DNA of 64,000 bases from Octopus vulgaris (lineage: Eukaryota): contig OX597814.1 of NCBI GenBank assembly GCA_951406725.2, positions 215,884,001 to 215,948,000 of the forward strand, in the 5' to 3' direction. A program made the position numbers and the translations under genes. Shown here one piece after another: positions 26,395 through 54,089 of the stretch. Position 1 is the stretch's first letter, and every line of letters starts with the position of its first letter. The notes beneath the pieces are model-generated. The model had not been told where the DNA came from and ran no database searches. It saw nothing but the letters and a program-made list of their open reading frames with translations.

Positions 26395-27790
26395 CTAATT
26401 AGATTAGCAATCAAGAGCTGATCCTTCGTATCCTGGCTCCTTTTACTGTACCCTTTCTGTTTAATGGGTAGCAGCCTACTTTTTCCCAAGTATCTGTACA
26501 GTTCAGCAGCCAAATTACCTGACATTAGTTTCCATGTTGCATCCAAGTTGGATGCAACATTTCCCTTTCCAGGATCCTTGGAACGTAACAATGTCTTTCC
26601 CTTTGTCTTCCAGCTGGGTACTGCACCTTCCTGCAAGCACTCATCTAGCTGTTGCACTCTCCTTTGATGGATCCCTCTCAGCTTCTTCATCCAATAATCT
26701 GGGACCCCATCCAGTCCTGGGCTCTTCCAATTTGGGAATTTTCTTAACTGCTTTTTTATCATTTCTGTAGTTATTTTTATGTCTTTTTTGCCTTCTATAT
26801 TTCTTAACCTATCTTGGATTTCATGCAGCCACTCTGCTTCATTATTATCATCTGCAGATTGGTACCAGATCTCTCTCCAAAATGCCCTACTTTCCTCTGC
26901 TTCTGGTATCATCGTTATGTGTAATTGCCCATCCAGTTCCTGAAACAGTTACTTCTGATATGCTTCTAACAATCTGTTCTGCTTGAATTATTTTCTTCTT
27001 TTGTCATATCTTTCCTGTTTTGCTTTGATTGCTCCAACTCTTTGTTTCATGTCTTCCAATATCTCATCATACAATTTATCTCTTATTCCATCTGTCCTTT
27101 CCAGCATCATTCTTATACTTTCATTCTGCAATTCCCCTCTTCTCAATCTATCAACTTGTCCTAAATGTCTTTGTTCCTTACAAATTCCTCTACACCAGAA
27201 CGGTTCTTTACGTTCTGTTTGTTCTTTCCTTTTCTATCCAATTCTATCTGCAGCAACAGTTGCTGCACCCCAAATAATCTTGTGAGTTTCAGTGATATTT
27301 CTCGTATGGAACAGCCCAAGAACTGAATCTATCTTTCTGGTTTCAACCTTGATCTTGCATTGGTCAATGTACCTCAGATTATGGGGGGAAGGGTCTTGAT
27401 CCTGGTCTTCTCAAATATATCCTCTCTACGTCTTGTTGGGCATCACCGTATTATTGGGATACAGCTCTTCCTATTACTTCTGCTTAATTTGTGGAGAATG
27501 CATTTACACTTTGCTCTACATCTTCACTGCCCTTATTTATTTCTCTGTTCTCACTGGGCACATTATCTGTTGGTGAAGGATTATTTCTCCTTTCTACTTT
27601 TCTTTTTATCTCTTCAATTTCCATGTCCGTTAACCACCCTTTTTCTCTAATTGCTCTTGCCTGGTCGGCTAACAATTGCTCACTTGTTTTGAAGAGTCCT
27701 ATCTCATTCCATTTGGCTCTCATTCATTGTCAGAATCCCCTTCTGTTGGGTTTATTCCTGATCCAGCATTCAATTTGATTTTGTGTACAA
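26395..27790 (-). mobile_element. R4/Dong-like non-LTR retrotransposon remnant (N-terminus and start of RT)
   Basis: [40 protein letters not shown]...TKDQLLI; breaks off at the tandem repeat. Confidence 0.75.
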
Positions 27791-28219
27791 GCAGCCTCTG
27801 GACTAAAATAGCATAGATTTTGTGTTTATCTTGTTTCAGTCATGCTAATCTGACCAGATATAGAAAGACAGGCAATTTTTGGTTCACCTTTTCTACAACC
27901 TCCCCGGCCTCAAGGTGAGTGGTGCCCTCTCCAAATGGAACTGCTCAGACACCCATGCAGCAACTGAATTTTACCACTGTCTTGGGCAGCAAGGAGACGA
28001 TTTTATATCCAGCATGGGCTGCCTACGTGCAGGTCGCTGACTACATGCTTCCAACCTGTAAGGTCTGCTTGCTTCACCACCTTCCCTTCACTGTAGGACT
28101 TCCGAATAAAAATATACTAAAAATGAATGCATATATAAATATATACTAAGAATAAAGATACATATATACTGAAAATAAAAGGAACAAACACATATATATA
28201 TATATATATGTACATGTAC

Positions 28220-28770
28220 ATAGATATAGGGGGGAAAAATCAGCACACATCGAGCAGAGGTCAACAATGTCTGTCCAGAGTTGTAGGTCTAATAAGGTTT
28301 GCACGACCCCTCATAGACCCTCTCCACTTTATTGACATTATCCAGAGACAAGCTGGAGCAATATGTCTGATCCCAATATGCACCACAGGCTCAGGGATGT
28401 GCGAATGCTATGATCTCTAGCACAAACCAAATATCCTCAAAATGTCCAATGCCATTCCCTGCATATCTGGTTTTATATCAGAATGACCTTCTTCTAGAGA
28501 CATGCTTCAATAGAAGCTGAGGGGCACTCCCAGTGGTTTTTCAGCACACCAGACACCATCCCAGATATTCTGCATACGCGGTCTATTGCATTAGGTTCAT
28601 CCGACTTTTCAGCAGGTCTTGTTTGTAATCTTGCTGGGTTTCTAGCAACCCTCCTCACCAGGATATTCTGGTGGGTGTGCCAGTTTAGTTGCCGACAACC
28701 CAACCATGCAACATATTTTACTGGATTCCATGTTACCAGTAGCACTTATGAGAACCTCATAAGTGACCTG
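28220..28770 (-). mobile_element. Non-coding repeat related to 17113-17865
   Basis: Shares 5' motifs with the 17113 insertion; flanked by TA repeats. Confidence 0.45.
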
Positions 28771-28842
28771 ACATATATATATATAAATACATATGTATAT
28801 ATATATATATATATCCATATATATATATATATATATATATCC

Positions 28843-28874
<32 letters not shown>

Positions 28875-28879
28875 GAAAG

Positions 28880-29320
28880 GAACTATTCAAGTGTGATTAT
28901 TACCAGCATCACCTTACTGGCACTTGAGCCTCGTGCTAGTAGGGTGCCAAGAGCACCATCCGAGCGCATGATCGTTGCCAGAGCAATCAACTGGCTTCCA
29001 TGCTGGTGGCACATAAAAGGGCACCATTTGAGCGTGATCATTACCAACATCGCCTTACTGGCACCTGTGCCGGTGGCATGTGTAAAAAAGATTTGAGCAA
29101 GGTCGTTGCCATGACCACCTGACTGGCCCCCATGCCGGTGGCACGTAAAAAGCACCCACTACACTCTCGTAGTGGTTGGCGTTAGGAAGGGCATCCAGCT
29201 GTAGAAACTCTGCCAAATCAAGATTGGAATTTGGTGCAGCCATCTGGTTCGTCAGCCCTCAGTCAAAATTTTCCAACCCATGCTAGCATGGAAAGCGGAC
29301 ATTAAACAATGATGACGATA
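28880..29320 (+). mobile_element. RTE 3' UTR fragment
   Basis: Ends ccaacccatgctagcatggaaagcggacattaaacaatgatgac. Confidence 0.85.
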
Positions 29321-29357
29321 CACACACATACACACACACATATATATATATATACAC

Positions 29358-29985
29358 ACATCATCATCGTCATTGTTGTTTAACATCTGCTTTCCATGCT
29401 GGCATGGGTTGGATGGTGTGACTGAAGGCTGTTGAGCCAGAAGGCTGCACCAGGCTCAATCTGATCTGGCAAAGTTTCTACAGCTGGATGCCCTTCCTAG
29501 TGCCAACCACACCGAGAGTGTAGTGAGTGATTTTACGTGCCACCGGCACGAGGGCCAGTCAGTCAGTTCTGGCAACGACCATGCTCAAAGGTGTTTTTTA
29601 CGTGCCACCTGCATGGGAGCCAGTCCAGTGGCACTAGCATCAACCACGTTTGAATGTTATCTTTTCACATGCATCAGCACATGCGCCGGTAAGGTAGCGC
29701 TCGCAATGATCATGCTTGAATGGTGCATTTTATGTGCCACCAGCACAGGAGCTAATCAGCTTGGATGTGCTTTCAATGTTCTACTGGCACAAGTGCCAAT
29801 CAGGTAGTACTGTCATCAGCCATGTCAGAAGTTCTGATTTTGTTTTCACTTGCCTTAACAGGTCTTTGCAAGCAAAGTTTATTTTCCAATGAATGTAGGG
29901 TACTCGTAAGTGGGCTGGTTACACCTACTGGCATAGGGCATGGGTTATGCTCTCACTTGGCTTATTGAATCTTCTCAAGCATGTG
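29358..29985 (-). mobile_element. RTE 3' UTR fragment, tail-to-tail with the previous copy
   Basis: (CAT)n tail and colinearity with 9633-10140. Confidence 0.85.
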
Positions 29986-30011
29986 TATATGCATATATAT
30001 ATATATATATG

Positions 30012-30338
30012 CAAACGACCCCTAGACTTTTTCTTTAAGCCTGGTGCTTATTCTCTTGATATCTTCCACTGAACTGCTAAGTTACAGAGACATAAACACA
30101 CCAACATCGGTTTCTAAGCAATGTGGGGGGGGGGGAACAAACACAGACACAAATACTCACACATAAATATATATAGGACAGACTTCTTTCAGTTTCTGTC
30201 AACCAAATCTACTGACATGGTTTTGCTCGGCCCAAGGCTATAGTAGAAGGCACTTGCCCAAAGAGCCACACAGTGAGACTGAACCCAGAACCATGTGGTT
30301 AGGAACCAAGCTTCTTAGCACACAGCCACATTCATGCC
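30012..30338 (-). mobile_element. tRNA-derived SINE, largely complete
   Basis: Head tgtggctgtgtgctaag...gggttcagtctc, conserved body, internal microsatellite-like part and gtaacttagcagttc segment. Confidence 0.85.
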
Positions 30339-30348
30339 TATATATATG

Positions 30349-30415
<67 letters not shown>

Positions 30416-30458
30416 GAAATATGTTACAAAAAGAAAATATAAAATACATGTGGGAATG

Positions 30459-33400
30459 TAAGGGTCAAATATGAAAAATCAACGAAAATGCACATTGTAA
30501 ATAAAAAAAGGCTTTTTATGAAAGGTAACGACAAATATATACATTTAGATGGACTGAGGTACTAATAAAAGTCATTATTATGAGATGATTATAAAGTCAG
30601 AAGACAAAGTGTACCATGGTTTCCGTAAAGCTATTCATTGCTTTATAAACACCAGCTAATACACGGTGTCAGGTCCGATAGTTGCTGAGAAAAAAGATTA
30701 TTTGTAAAAGAAAAAGAAGAGAAAGAACATCCTCTGGAACAACTCAATCACCATTTGTCTGAATTATGCACCACTCTTCACTCTACCTCATAACAATTTT
30801 CTAAATGAAAATCCCCTTATAGATGATACACAAGACAGCAATACCTCCACACTTACACTATCTATTAAAAACCACATTATCCACATATGGAATGAAAAAC
30901 TTAAAGCCATGAAATTTTCTTTCTGGAATATGATTAAAAATAACCACAAGGCAGAAATCTATGAACGCTGGCTAAATTCTACACCAATAAATATGCCTTG
31001 TAAATTCCAAATTAAGTGTATTCCAAATGAGCAGGATCAACAAAGGCAATCAAGAGAGAAACTAACACTGGAAAAAATGAAGATAGAAATAGAACTCCTT
31101 AAGCTTAGAGCGCTAAGCACAGAACAAAAATTTAAAAACATAGATGAGGAGATTTACAAGGAATTAAAGAAACATGCAAATGGTCCCCACTTGGAAAGTG
31201 TTTTTAAACTATGGAAAACAACTTGCGTGGATGAAGAAACTATGCTGGGATAAACAAGCCAATTTCTTTAATAACTACGAAACTCAACATAGAAAAATAA
31301 ACCAAAAACACACACAGAAATGACCCCACATGTATCTAACACAAACCACAAACGGTCTAGGGGACGCAACTCGAGCTTCTTTAACTCTCTTACTCCCCCA
31401 AATAACTATCAAACAACTATCAATAATTCAACCCATAGGAGTAAATCTAGACTTAATCTTCAAGGTATCCCATATACAAACCAAAGATTACATCGAAACC
31501 TCCAGACTAACCTAAGTTTTGGTGAACCAATTCCTACCAAGAACTTACCTCCAAGACTTTACCCCCAACATAGCTACCTCAACCAGTCAGCTAGACAAAA
31601 CATGACCAGACAACATAACCTCTCCCTCCACCCATATTACAATATTAAAAATCAATTAAACCCAAACTACAGCCACAGACGATATAACAACCCTCAGTAC
31701 AACCATAATCCAGTACACTACACAACCACTCCACCACAAACATACTACCATAGACACACTTTACACCCATTTTTCCTCAGCAAACCAAACAAAATACTGA
31801 CTTCCACATCAATCCACCTCCTACAATAATTTTTTAGACGCAAACCAGAGAAACAGAGATGTGAAATGGACCAAAATAAACAAGTCTAACCGAAAATAAT
31901 CAACCTGTCAGAGAAGATCCTGAATTCTACACAACCCAAAATCCTAGCAAGAGATTTAAAATTTACTCCTACCCCTCTCAGATCGAACCCAAATGAAATT
32001 AAGGACAATACTATGGACTTCTGCCAAAATTTACGCCTCACAGAAGCACTTCACAACTACACCATCGAAGATGATTCAATAGTGAAAAACAAAAGTGAGT
32101 ACCGGCCTACAAAAGCCAGAAATAAAGCACTTGATGTTTTTTGTGAACACATAACCTGTTTTCCTTACAATACCCTACCAAAACAACATATTAAATCCAA
32201 CCTTAACTTAAATGAATGGAAAGACCTTGTCGAGCTAAAAAATGACATAAACCTCACCATTAAAGAAGCCGACAAAGAAAGTGCGGTGGTATAGATGGAT
32301 ACAGAGTACTACAAAAATTTAATACTTTCCATATTGGAAAATAATACTTACTATGAGAAATTAACACATTACAACCCACAGAAAACACTGAAAAACGTAT
32401 CCTCCTTACTCCAAATTCATGGAAAGGGTCTCACTAAACATGAAATAGACTATTTATCCAATTTCAAATACAGTCCTAGACTATTCTTCGGATTACCCAA
32501 AATACATAAAAATACACACATTTGTGAAGCCTGCAAAGTTTCTACAAGCCTATGCATTAATGTCCTTCCCCCTACTGACCTCAAACTGAGACCCATCATA
32601 GCTGGCCCTTCTTGTGAAACCCACCGTTTGAGCAACTTCCTTGACATATTACTCAAACGTCTTTTAAAATATGTGAAAAGCTTTATCAGGGATGACCTAG
32701 ACATGCTGAACCACCTCCTGAAGACAGTAAAGGAAGGAACCCTGCTGGTATCTTTCGGTGTGGTGAATCTATACACCAATATCCCACATGACTGGTATAG
32801 AAGCAATCACATTCTGGCTAGAAAAATACCCAGAAGAGATCCCAGGACGCATTAACCACAGTTTTATAATTGAAGCACTCAAATTCATCCTGCTGAACAA
32901 TCATTTCATGTTCGATACATCTTACTATCGACAAAAATGTGGAATTGCAAGAGCTGCTCCAGTGATTGCAAACCTTGTAATGGTTTACCTAGAACTCAAG
33001 TTATACCAATCATCACCAGAAAAATATGGCACCTCTTTTAAATGCTATTTAAAGGAGAACTGGAAGAGATATTTGGATGATTGTTTCATACTTTGGAAAG
33101 ACAGCACGGATAAACTCCTTGATTTCAAAATAATGCTCAAAAACATATACAGCAATATACAATTTACTATGGAACACATAAGCAAACTACTCCCTTATCT
33201 AGACATCTTAATTAAAATAGTTAACAACCACATAGACACAGACATCTTTTATAAACCCACAGATTCTAAACAATACCTATCATTTAACTCCTTCCACCCC
33301 AAACACATAAAAATTAATATACCCTTTAATCTGGCGAAAAGAATTTGCACCATCATTTCGGATACATGCACTCATGAACAAAGACTCCTTGAACTTAGAT

Positions 33401-34467
33401 CAACACTAACTAAAAGACATTACCCAATCCCATTAGGAAATGAAGGCATCAAAAGAGCTAAGGAAATAGATATACAAATGTTAAGGAAAACTAGCTGAAA
33501 TACTAAACCAGACTTAAAAATACTCCCGTACATTTCCACACATAACCCTAGAAACAACAAAGCCTTCAACATCATCACCCAAAATCTTCCCATCCTCACA
33601 GCAGACAAAACAATGAACGAAATTTTAAGCTCATACAAAATTATAAAAAGCAAAAAGCAACCGAAGTCACTGAAAAAAATATTAACCAGCGCAAATCTAT
33701 ATCCATTAACAACAGAGCCAGAAGTGAAAAAATGTGGACGCACTAACTGTGGAACATGCCCCCACCTTCTGGAGGGTTCAGAATTTCACTTCAAACAAGG
33801 AGAAATATTTAAGATCAAATCATATTTCACCTGTGCCTCAAAAAATCTAATCTATGTCATGACATGCATATGATGTGGTAAACACTGTATTGGACAAACA
33901 GGAATTTCACTCCATCAAAGAACCACCATTCACAAAGAGCAAATCTGCCACCCACGATACAGACAGTTAAAGGAGAGTGAACACATAGAAAGATGTGCCA
34001 GGAATCTTAATCCCAATTTCCAAATCTTCCCCTTCTATCAATGTTCACAGAACACCTCAATGCAAAAAAAGGTTGAATAAAAAGGCATTTTTCATCAATA
34101 AATATCGCCCCCAACTAAATATGAACACACAACTCAATACAGTACACCACTAACCCCTATACACTCACTACACCATTCACATCTCTATATCCAGAACTAC
34201 TTACCTCCCTTACAAATAATCTTTTTTCTCAGCAACTATCAGACCTGACACCGTGTATTAGCTGGTGTTTACAAAGTGATGAATAGCTTTATGGAAACCA
34301 TGGTACGCTTTGTCTTCTGACTTTATAATCATATCATAATAATGACTTTTATAACTTTTATTAGTACCTCAGTCCATCTAAATGTATATATTTGTCATTA
34401 CCTTTCATGAAAAGCCTTTTTTTATTTACAATGTGCATTTTTCGTTGATTTTTCATATTTTACCCCT
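30459..34467 (+). mobile_element. Near full-length Penelope-like element (Neptune-like) with inverted pseudo-LTRs
   Basis: RT motifs IKEADK, FGLPKIHK, LRPIIAG, NLYTNIP, RYLDDCF; linker CGRTNCGTC; GIY-YIG NLIYVMTC..CGKHCIGQT; 30459-30707 is the reverse complement of 34210-34467; multiple stops. Confidence 0.92.
34272..34312 (+). ncRNA. Candidate minimal type I hammerhead ribozyme, A3-U8 core variant (inverted copy at 30605-30645)
   Basis: caaagtg ATGAATA gctttatg GAAA ccatgg TA cgctttg: 7-bp stem I, palindromic stem III, almost no stem II; lies in a PLE pLTR. Confidence 0.5.
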
Positions 34468-34520
34468 CATCATCATCATTATCATCATCATTTAGCGTCC
34501 GCTTTCCATGCTAGCATGGG
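34468..34520 (-). mobile_element. RTE extreme 3' end
   Basis: (CAT)n followed by ttagcgtccgctttccatgctagcatggg. Confidence 0.8.
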
Positions 34521-34535
34521 TATATATACACACAC

Positions 34536-34566
<31 letters not shown>

Positions 34567-34590
34567 TATATATATATATACACATGTATG

Positions 34591-34690
<100 letters not shown>

Positions 34691-34755
34691 TACATACATA
34701 TATATGTACATATATATATATATACATACATATATATATATACATACATATATGT

Positions 34756-34786
<31 letters not shown>

Positions 34787-34793
34787 TATATAC

Positions 34794-34826
<33 letters not shown>

Positions 34827-37800
34827 CTTTGATACTTTGATAGGTTTCGGCCATTATTGGCCCAGGCCATGTCTAACTTAATAGCACCACCTGGTGAAGT
34901 CTTTCAAGTCAGAATTTGGGCACTATGGCCCACTCAAGTAGAGAGTTATTGTTTACAGAGACATATCCGGGTGTAGGGGGTTTATCCGGGATTTCTTGAA
35001 GGAATCTGTCCAAAGACTTCTTGAACCCTATAGGGTCAGTTTCTGTTTTAATGTGTTTTGGTGTAATGTTAAAGAGAGCGGGGCCAATTGAGGTGAAATA
35101 ATTGTGCCGTATTGTTGTTATGAGATGAGAGTGCGATTTTTGTTTTGGGCGGATGGCACGGGGCCCAAGCCTTGGATGTACCCTAAAGGTGATACCAACA
35201 TCATTTGGACAATGCTGATGGAATATTTTCCACATCATGCAGATGATGTAGCGCTCACGACGACGTTGGAGAGAATAGAGTTTTAGCTTTTCTAGTCGAC
35301 CCCAATAGTCGAGGCCTGTCATGCCATCTATCTTTTTTGTGATTGCCCTTTGAGGTGCTTCAACTTTTATGATACCTTGTATTGTGTGGGGAGACCACAG
35401 TGGACAACAGTATTCAAGGTGGGGTCGGGCAAAAGTGGAGAAGAGAAGGATAATGGTGTGGATATCTCTCGACTGGAAAGTTCTGAGAATCCAGGAACAC
35501 ATTCTGCGGGCCATGTCAACTTTGGTGTTTATATGAGTGGCCCAGCTTATGTTGTTGTCCACAATTACTCCCAGGTCTCTGATGTTGTTGGACGCCGCGA
35601 GAGTTTCACCTGAAGGAAGGGAGTATGGGAGTTTCAGGGCATCCTCTTTTCCAAAGTGGATTAGCTCAAATTTATCCTCGTTCAGCAGCATATTGTTTTT
35701 TTCTGCCCATTGGATAACAGCCAGTAGATCTGACTGAAGGCATGTCCGGTCACTCGCCTCATTTATGACCTTCTGTAGCTTGGAGTCATCTGCAAAGATT
35801 TTTATGTTGCTGTGCTTGATGATGTCATTAATGTCATTAATGTAAATGATGAAAAGAAGTGGGCCCAGCACAGTGCCTTGCGGAACGCCACTACTGACTT
35901 TGGCTGGGCTTGATTTTACCCCTTCAACTACAACATGTTGAGATCTGTCTGTCAGGAAACACTTGATCCATTTCAGTAACTTTCCAGAGACACCAATGTT
36001 GGATAGTTTTTTCAATAGGATCTTGTGATCGACCCTGTCGAAGGCCTTACTGAAATCAAGGTAGATGACATCGGTGTTGGAGCCCTCTCACAAAGCTCTC
36101 AAAATGTCCTCAAAGTGATGCAGGAGCTGCGTTAGGCAATCCCTTCCATTACGGAACCCATGTTGGTTGGAGATCAGCCGTCTGTTGCTTTCCAGAAATT
36201 GGGTTATTCGAGATCTCACCACCCTCTCAAATACCTTGATGATATGAGAGGTGAGTGAGATCGGACGGTAATTCACTGCAAGGGACTTGTTTCCCTTTTT
36301 GAAAACTGGGACAACAGACTGGGACAGAAGGTTTTTGGAATATAGCCAGCATCCAGTGAGTTTCTCCACAGATTAGCAAGGGGAGATGCAAGTTGGTGTC
36401 GACACACCTTCAGGACACAAGCAGGGAACCTATCGGGGCCTACTGCTGAATTGTGTTTTATTTCGTTTATCGCCGCTAAGACATCAGGGGCACTAAACGT
36501 TATGTCCGATATAGTGTGTTGGGGGTTGACATCACTGATACAGCCCAGATCGGCCATATCAGGATTGCTGAAAACAGAGCAGTATTGTTTCTGCAGTATC
36601 TCGGCCATGGATTTGGCATTATCTTGGAGAGTGCCAGTTTCGTCAATTAGAGGGCCTACAGTGGAGACAGTGACCCTGCGTTTCCTCGCAAATGAAAAGA
36701 ACACTTTGGGGTTGAGTTTGATTTTTTCAATGGCCCACTTCTCCTCAGCTGATCTTTGGTTATTGATGAGGGTCTTCATGCATTGTTGGAGGTTATATTT
36801 TTTGGATTCAAGCAGTGCGATAGCCGTCGAATGTGTGTGTTGCTGTTGGCAGTACTTTAGTTTGTTAATTTTTTTGTTTGTTCTTTTTATTTTTCTGATA
36901 ATGGTTTTTCTGTTTTGGGGGATTCTGCACTTTTTGTTCACAGGTCTTGGTGGGGAGTGTTTTGCACATATGTCTGTGACGGTGTCTACAAAGATCTGCC
37001 AAGATGTTTTATGGTTGGTGGAGATGTGTGTATGTGTAAAGGACCAGTCAACATGTGATAGCTCGTTCCTGATTGCATCCCAGTTGGCATTATGGAGATC
37101 CATGTTGTCAAATGGGTGGGCTGGAGGAAGGTCACTAGGATTAGCTTTCGGCTGGTGGAATTTCATGTTACAGAGAACCATGTCATGGTCTGAAAGAAGG
37201 GTTTTTTCCACTGTAACGTTATGTATAGTGTTAGTGTGGTTACTAAACACTAGGTCCAAAATGTTCTGATGTCTTGTTGGTGCAAGGACAAGTTGGGACA
37301 AGAAAAACTCATTCGTAAAGTCGAAAAGTGACTCTGCTGCTTCTTTGTCAGCGGTTGAGGCGGGAGTGCTTGGTTTCAAACAGTTTGTAGTCCAGTCAAC
37401 ACAGGGTAGATTGAAGTCTCCCATCATGAGTATGTTGCTAGAATGGCACTGTTGAATAAAGCACTTAATGCTGTTGAGGCATTCTTGAAAGCACAGTATG
37501 GGTGTTTGGGGCGGCCTATAGAGCCCAATTACTGTCAGGTCATTGGCTTTGTTGTGCACGGTGACTGATTCACAGTAGCCGTTGGAGAATATACTATTTC
37601 CATCTGCCGTAAATGAATCATGCAGGAAAATGGCAGTTCCACCCTTCCTCCTGCCGATACGATCCGCGCGGATGGTTGTGAAATTCTTCACTCTCACTTC
37701 GGCTTCCAAGTGGGAGTTGTCAAGGTGGGTCTCAGTGAGAATGAAGAAAGGGATGTGGTGTGAATGGTTACCAACCCAGTCTTCAATGAATTGGACCTTC

Positions 37801-39445
37801 CATTTTTGTGCATTGATGGAAGGGCTGACACCTTGTGCATTGAGTAGGAATGTGGAGGTTAGTGTAGTGGCTGGTTTTGACTGTTGCAGGGGGCTTGGAT
37901 TTTTTGTGTGTGTTAGTGGCAGCAATGTGGGGAATTGGTGCACTGGGGTAATAGCATAGGATGGTGTTGAGTGATGGCTAGAATGTTTTTGTGTATCTCT
38001 TTTGCCATGTTCAACATGGCTAAAAAAGAATTTTCCTGCTTAGGGAGCAGTTTTTGGCTAGAGGTGTGGTTGCACTGTTGGATAGGGTTGTAGTTTCCAC
38101 TTTTGTTGTTGTTGTTTTTGTGTCTTCCTGAAAAGACTGGACCAGCATTACTGCAGCATGGTGTGTTTCTATTTTTATTTTTATTCAGGTTTGTGTGTTG
38201 GCTTGAAGCCCCGTTTCTGTTTTTGCGTCGGGTCCCTGGAAGATGAGTGAAGGGACAGTCACTCAGCAGACATGTTCTCTCACGTTGGGAATACCGGCAG
38301 ATTTTGGGACTCCGAGTTGTGTGTGTTTTGAATTTCGATTTACTATTTGGTGGTGTTGATGTTATTGTGGGATGCGTGCTTTGGCCTTGGCCGGTAGTGC
38401 GTCTAGTGCCGGGTAGATGCGTGAAGATGCAGTCACTATTTATGCAGAGTCTCTGGCGCAGTGAATAGCGGCATATTTGGGGATTTCTTGTTTGTGCCGT
38501 GGGGGGCGCATTCTGCTTCCTATGTTTCTTTAAGTTTTTGTTACTGCAGTAGTATTGAGGTGGTGATGTGGGGGAAGTGGGCAGTGGTTTCTTATTTGGT
38601 TTTCTGTTGGTATTTTTGGTGATAGAAGACGATGGTGGCAGCGGTGGTGATGATGATGATGATAATTGTGGTGGTTGCCATGAGAGCGGTGAAAAGATAC
38701 TGGCATTTAGTGAATCATCTAGTAAGCTAGAGTTGAGGAGTGGCTGTTGTTGTTCTTGTTGCTGTGGCTGTTGTTGTTGTTGTTGTGCTTGACCGATGTT
38801 AGGGTCAGCCATTGTGCTGGGAACCAGGAGTGGCTCATTCTGTTGTTGTTGTTGTTGTGGCTGCTGATTTTCTAGCTGTTGCTGTTCTTGAACTGTGAAA
38901 ATATGAAGAAGCTTTTCATAATGGCCTTTTGTCAGTTTGAAAGATACTTCAATATGTTTCAGTTTACTACGAATCTGTTGACCACTTGTGATGTTTTTTC
39001 AGGCAATCTCATTCAAACACAAAACATTTAGATTTTCTGTTTGGGAAAGAGAGAACCATGTGTTTATTAAAACATCAATTTCGTTATCAGACCAATTTCG
39101 TCTGTTGCAGGCCTGTTTAGTCATGTTTGTTTTTTTTGTTTGTTTTCCTTTTGATTTTTGAAAATATATATATTCTTTCTTGGGAGTTAAAGAAGTGTAT
39201 ATATATATAAATGTTCTCTCTTAAGGGTGTGAGTTTTTGATTATTTGGTTGTTTGAGGATATTAAAAGAAAAACAGGTGTATATAACAAATTGTAGTTAA
39301 ATGAAAACGTACTTACGGGTTTGTAGGCAAACACGTGGTTACAAATATATATATATTTAAGGTCAGTTAGGTTTTGAAGCTGTGTAGCTTGCTACTGACT
39401 TGGGAGAGAAACAAATAGACGTCCGTCCACTTCAACAGTTAATCC
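34827..39445 (-). mobile_element. Full-length CR1/L2-group LINE no. 1 in (TA)n
   Basis: ORF1 39124-37913 (one internal stop); ORF2 37943-34909 with one frameshift near 36335 and one stop at 36088; motifs [46 protein letters not shown]; tail (ATCAAAGT)2; TA repeats on both sides. Confidence 0.93.
37913..39124 (-). pseudogene. LINE ORF1: Myb/SANT-like N-terminus, polyQ, two CCCH-type fingers
   Basis: MTKQACNRRNWSDNEIDVLINTW...SGQQIRSKLK is in frame with ORF 37913-38812 except for a TGA at 39001-38999; CRYSLRQRLCINSDCIFTH and CRYSQRERTCLLSDCPFTH. Confidence 0.75.
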
Positions 39446-52990
<13,545 letters not shown>

Positions 52991-53032
52991 ATTATTATAT
53001 TTCGGAATGGTCATATGTATGTATATTTAAAC

Positions 53033-53075
<43 letters not shown>

Positions 53076-53112
53076 ATATTTCGGAATGGTCATATGTATG
53101 TATATTTAAACA

Positions 53113-53146
<34 letters not shown>

Positions 53147-53175
53147 TCATCATCATCATCATCGTTTAACGTCCG

Positions 53176-53219
<44 letters not shown>

Positions 53220-53539
53220 TATACACACACACATACATATCTATATCTATAAAAGGCAGGATGTGTGTGTATGTGAATATAATTTATGCATGTCCACAAA
53301 TTAGCATGCATGTCACTCCAATTTTAGGAGGACATTGGTCATAATCATAGCTGTGATTTTGTCAACTTATTTTCCCCGAGGTGTGTGTGTGCCTTTTACC
53401 AGTCTTCACGTCGGTGAAATCCCTAAGTTTACTAATATGAGTTAAGTCCCCTGTCTTGCAATGGTGAAAAGTATTATACAGAGAAACAAAGATGAAAACA
53501 TCTGAAATATATGTATATTTAGTTTTAAATTTTCCACAA

Positions 53540-53620
53540 AACTTGACTTAGCTAATTCTATCAGATGGTGCTATTAAGTTAGACCAATCTTTAGTCGAAA
53601 CATCTAACTTATTTAAGTTT
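53540..53620 (+). mobile_element. 3' end fragment of a LINE no. 1 relative, followed by (TA)n
   Basis: tggtgctattaagttagac is identical to the 3' UTR of 34827-39445. Confidence 0.6.
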
Positions 53621-53628
53621 ATATATGT

Positions 53629-53681
<53 letters not shown>

Positions 53682-54089
53682 AACATGAACACACATGCAC
53701 AAGCAAACACACACACACACACATGTATAAATAAAGAAATAATAATGCATAGATATACGTTCAATACATTAGCTCAAGTGCTGATAATACTCTCACTTTG
53801 GTTCAATTAATTGTTTTCAGAAACTGAATATCTTTCTGTCTATATTTCTGTTCCATCGTTTGTATTTGACAATAGTTGCTGTGCATGCATTTCAATTTCG
53901 ACCTGAATGGCGCGTTACAATTTAAGTGCCTTATTTATCAGAACCTTAACATATATATATACATACACACACACACATATATATATGTATGTATATATTA
54001 AGGTTCTGATAGCTGTCAGTACTATCAATGGCCAGCTCATAAGCTGAATTCCAGGTGAGGAGTGCATCTACAAATCGATTGACCAGACT

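Noticed and set aside
27840-27913. Plus-strand exon-like segment (ttcag...GTGAGT)
   Set aside because: No recognisable peptide or partner exon; it lies next to a retrotransposon remnant and is likely chance.
30270-30338. tRNA gene
   Set aside because: The A/B-box-like sequence is a SINE head continuous with a SINE body; there is no full cloverleaf.
33871-33873. In-frame TGA in the PLE endonuclease as selenocysteine
   Set aside because: It lies between two intact Cys codons at a non-Cys position, the element has many other lesions, and no SECIS was recognised.
36451-37269. 272-aa plus-strand ORF and similar antisense ORFs
   Set aside because: Shadow frames opposite LINE ORF2 with no recognisable motifs.
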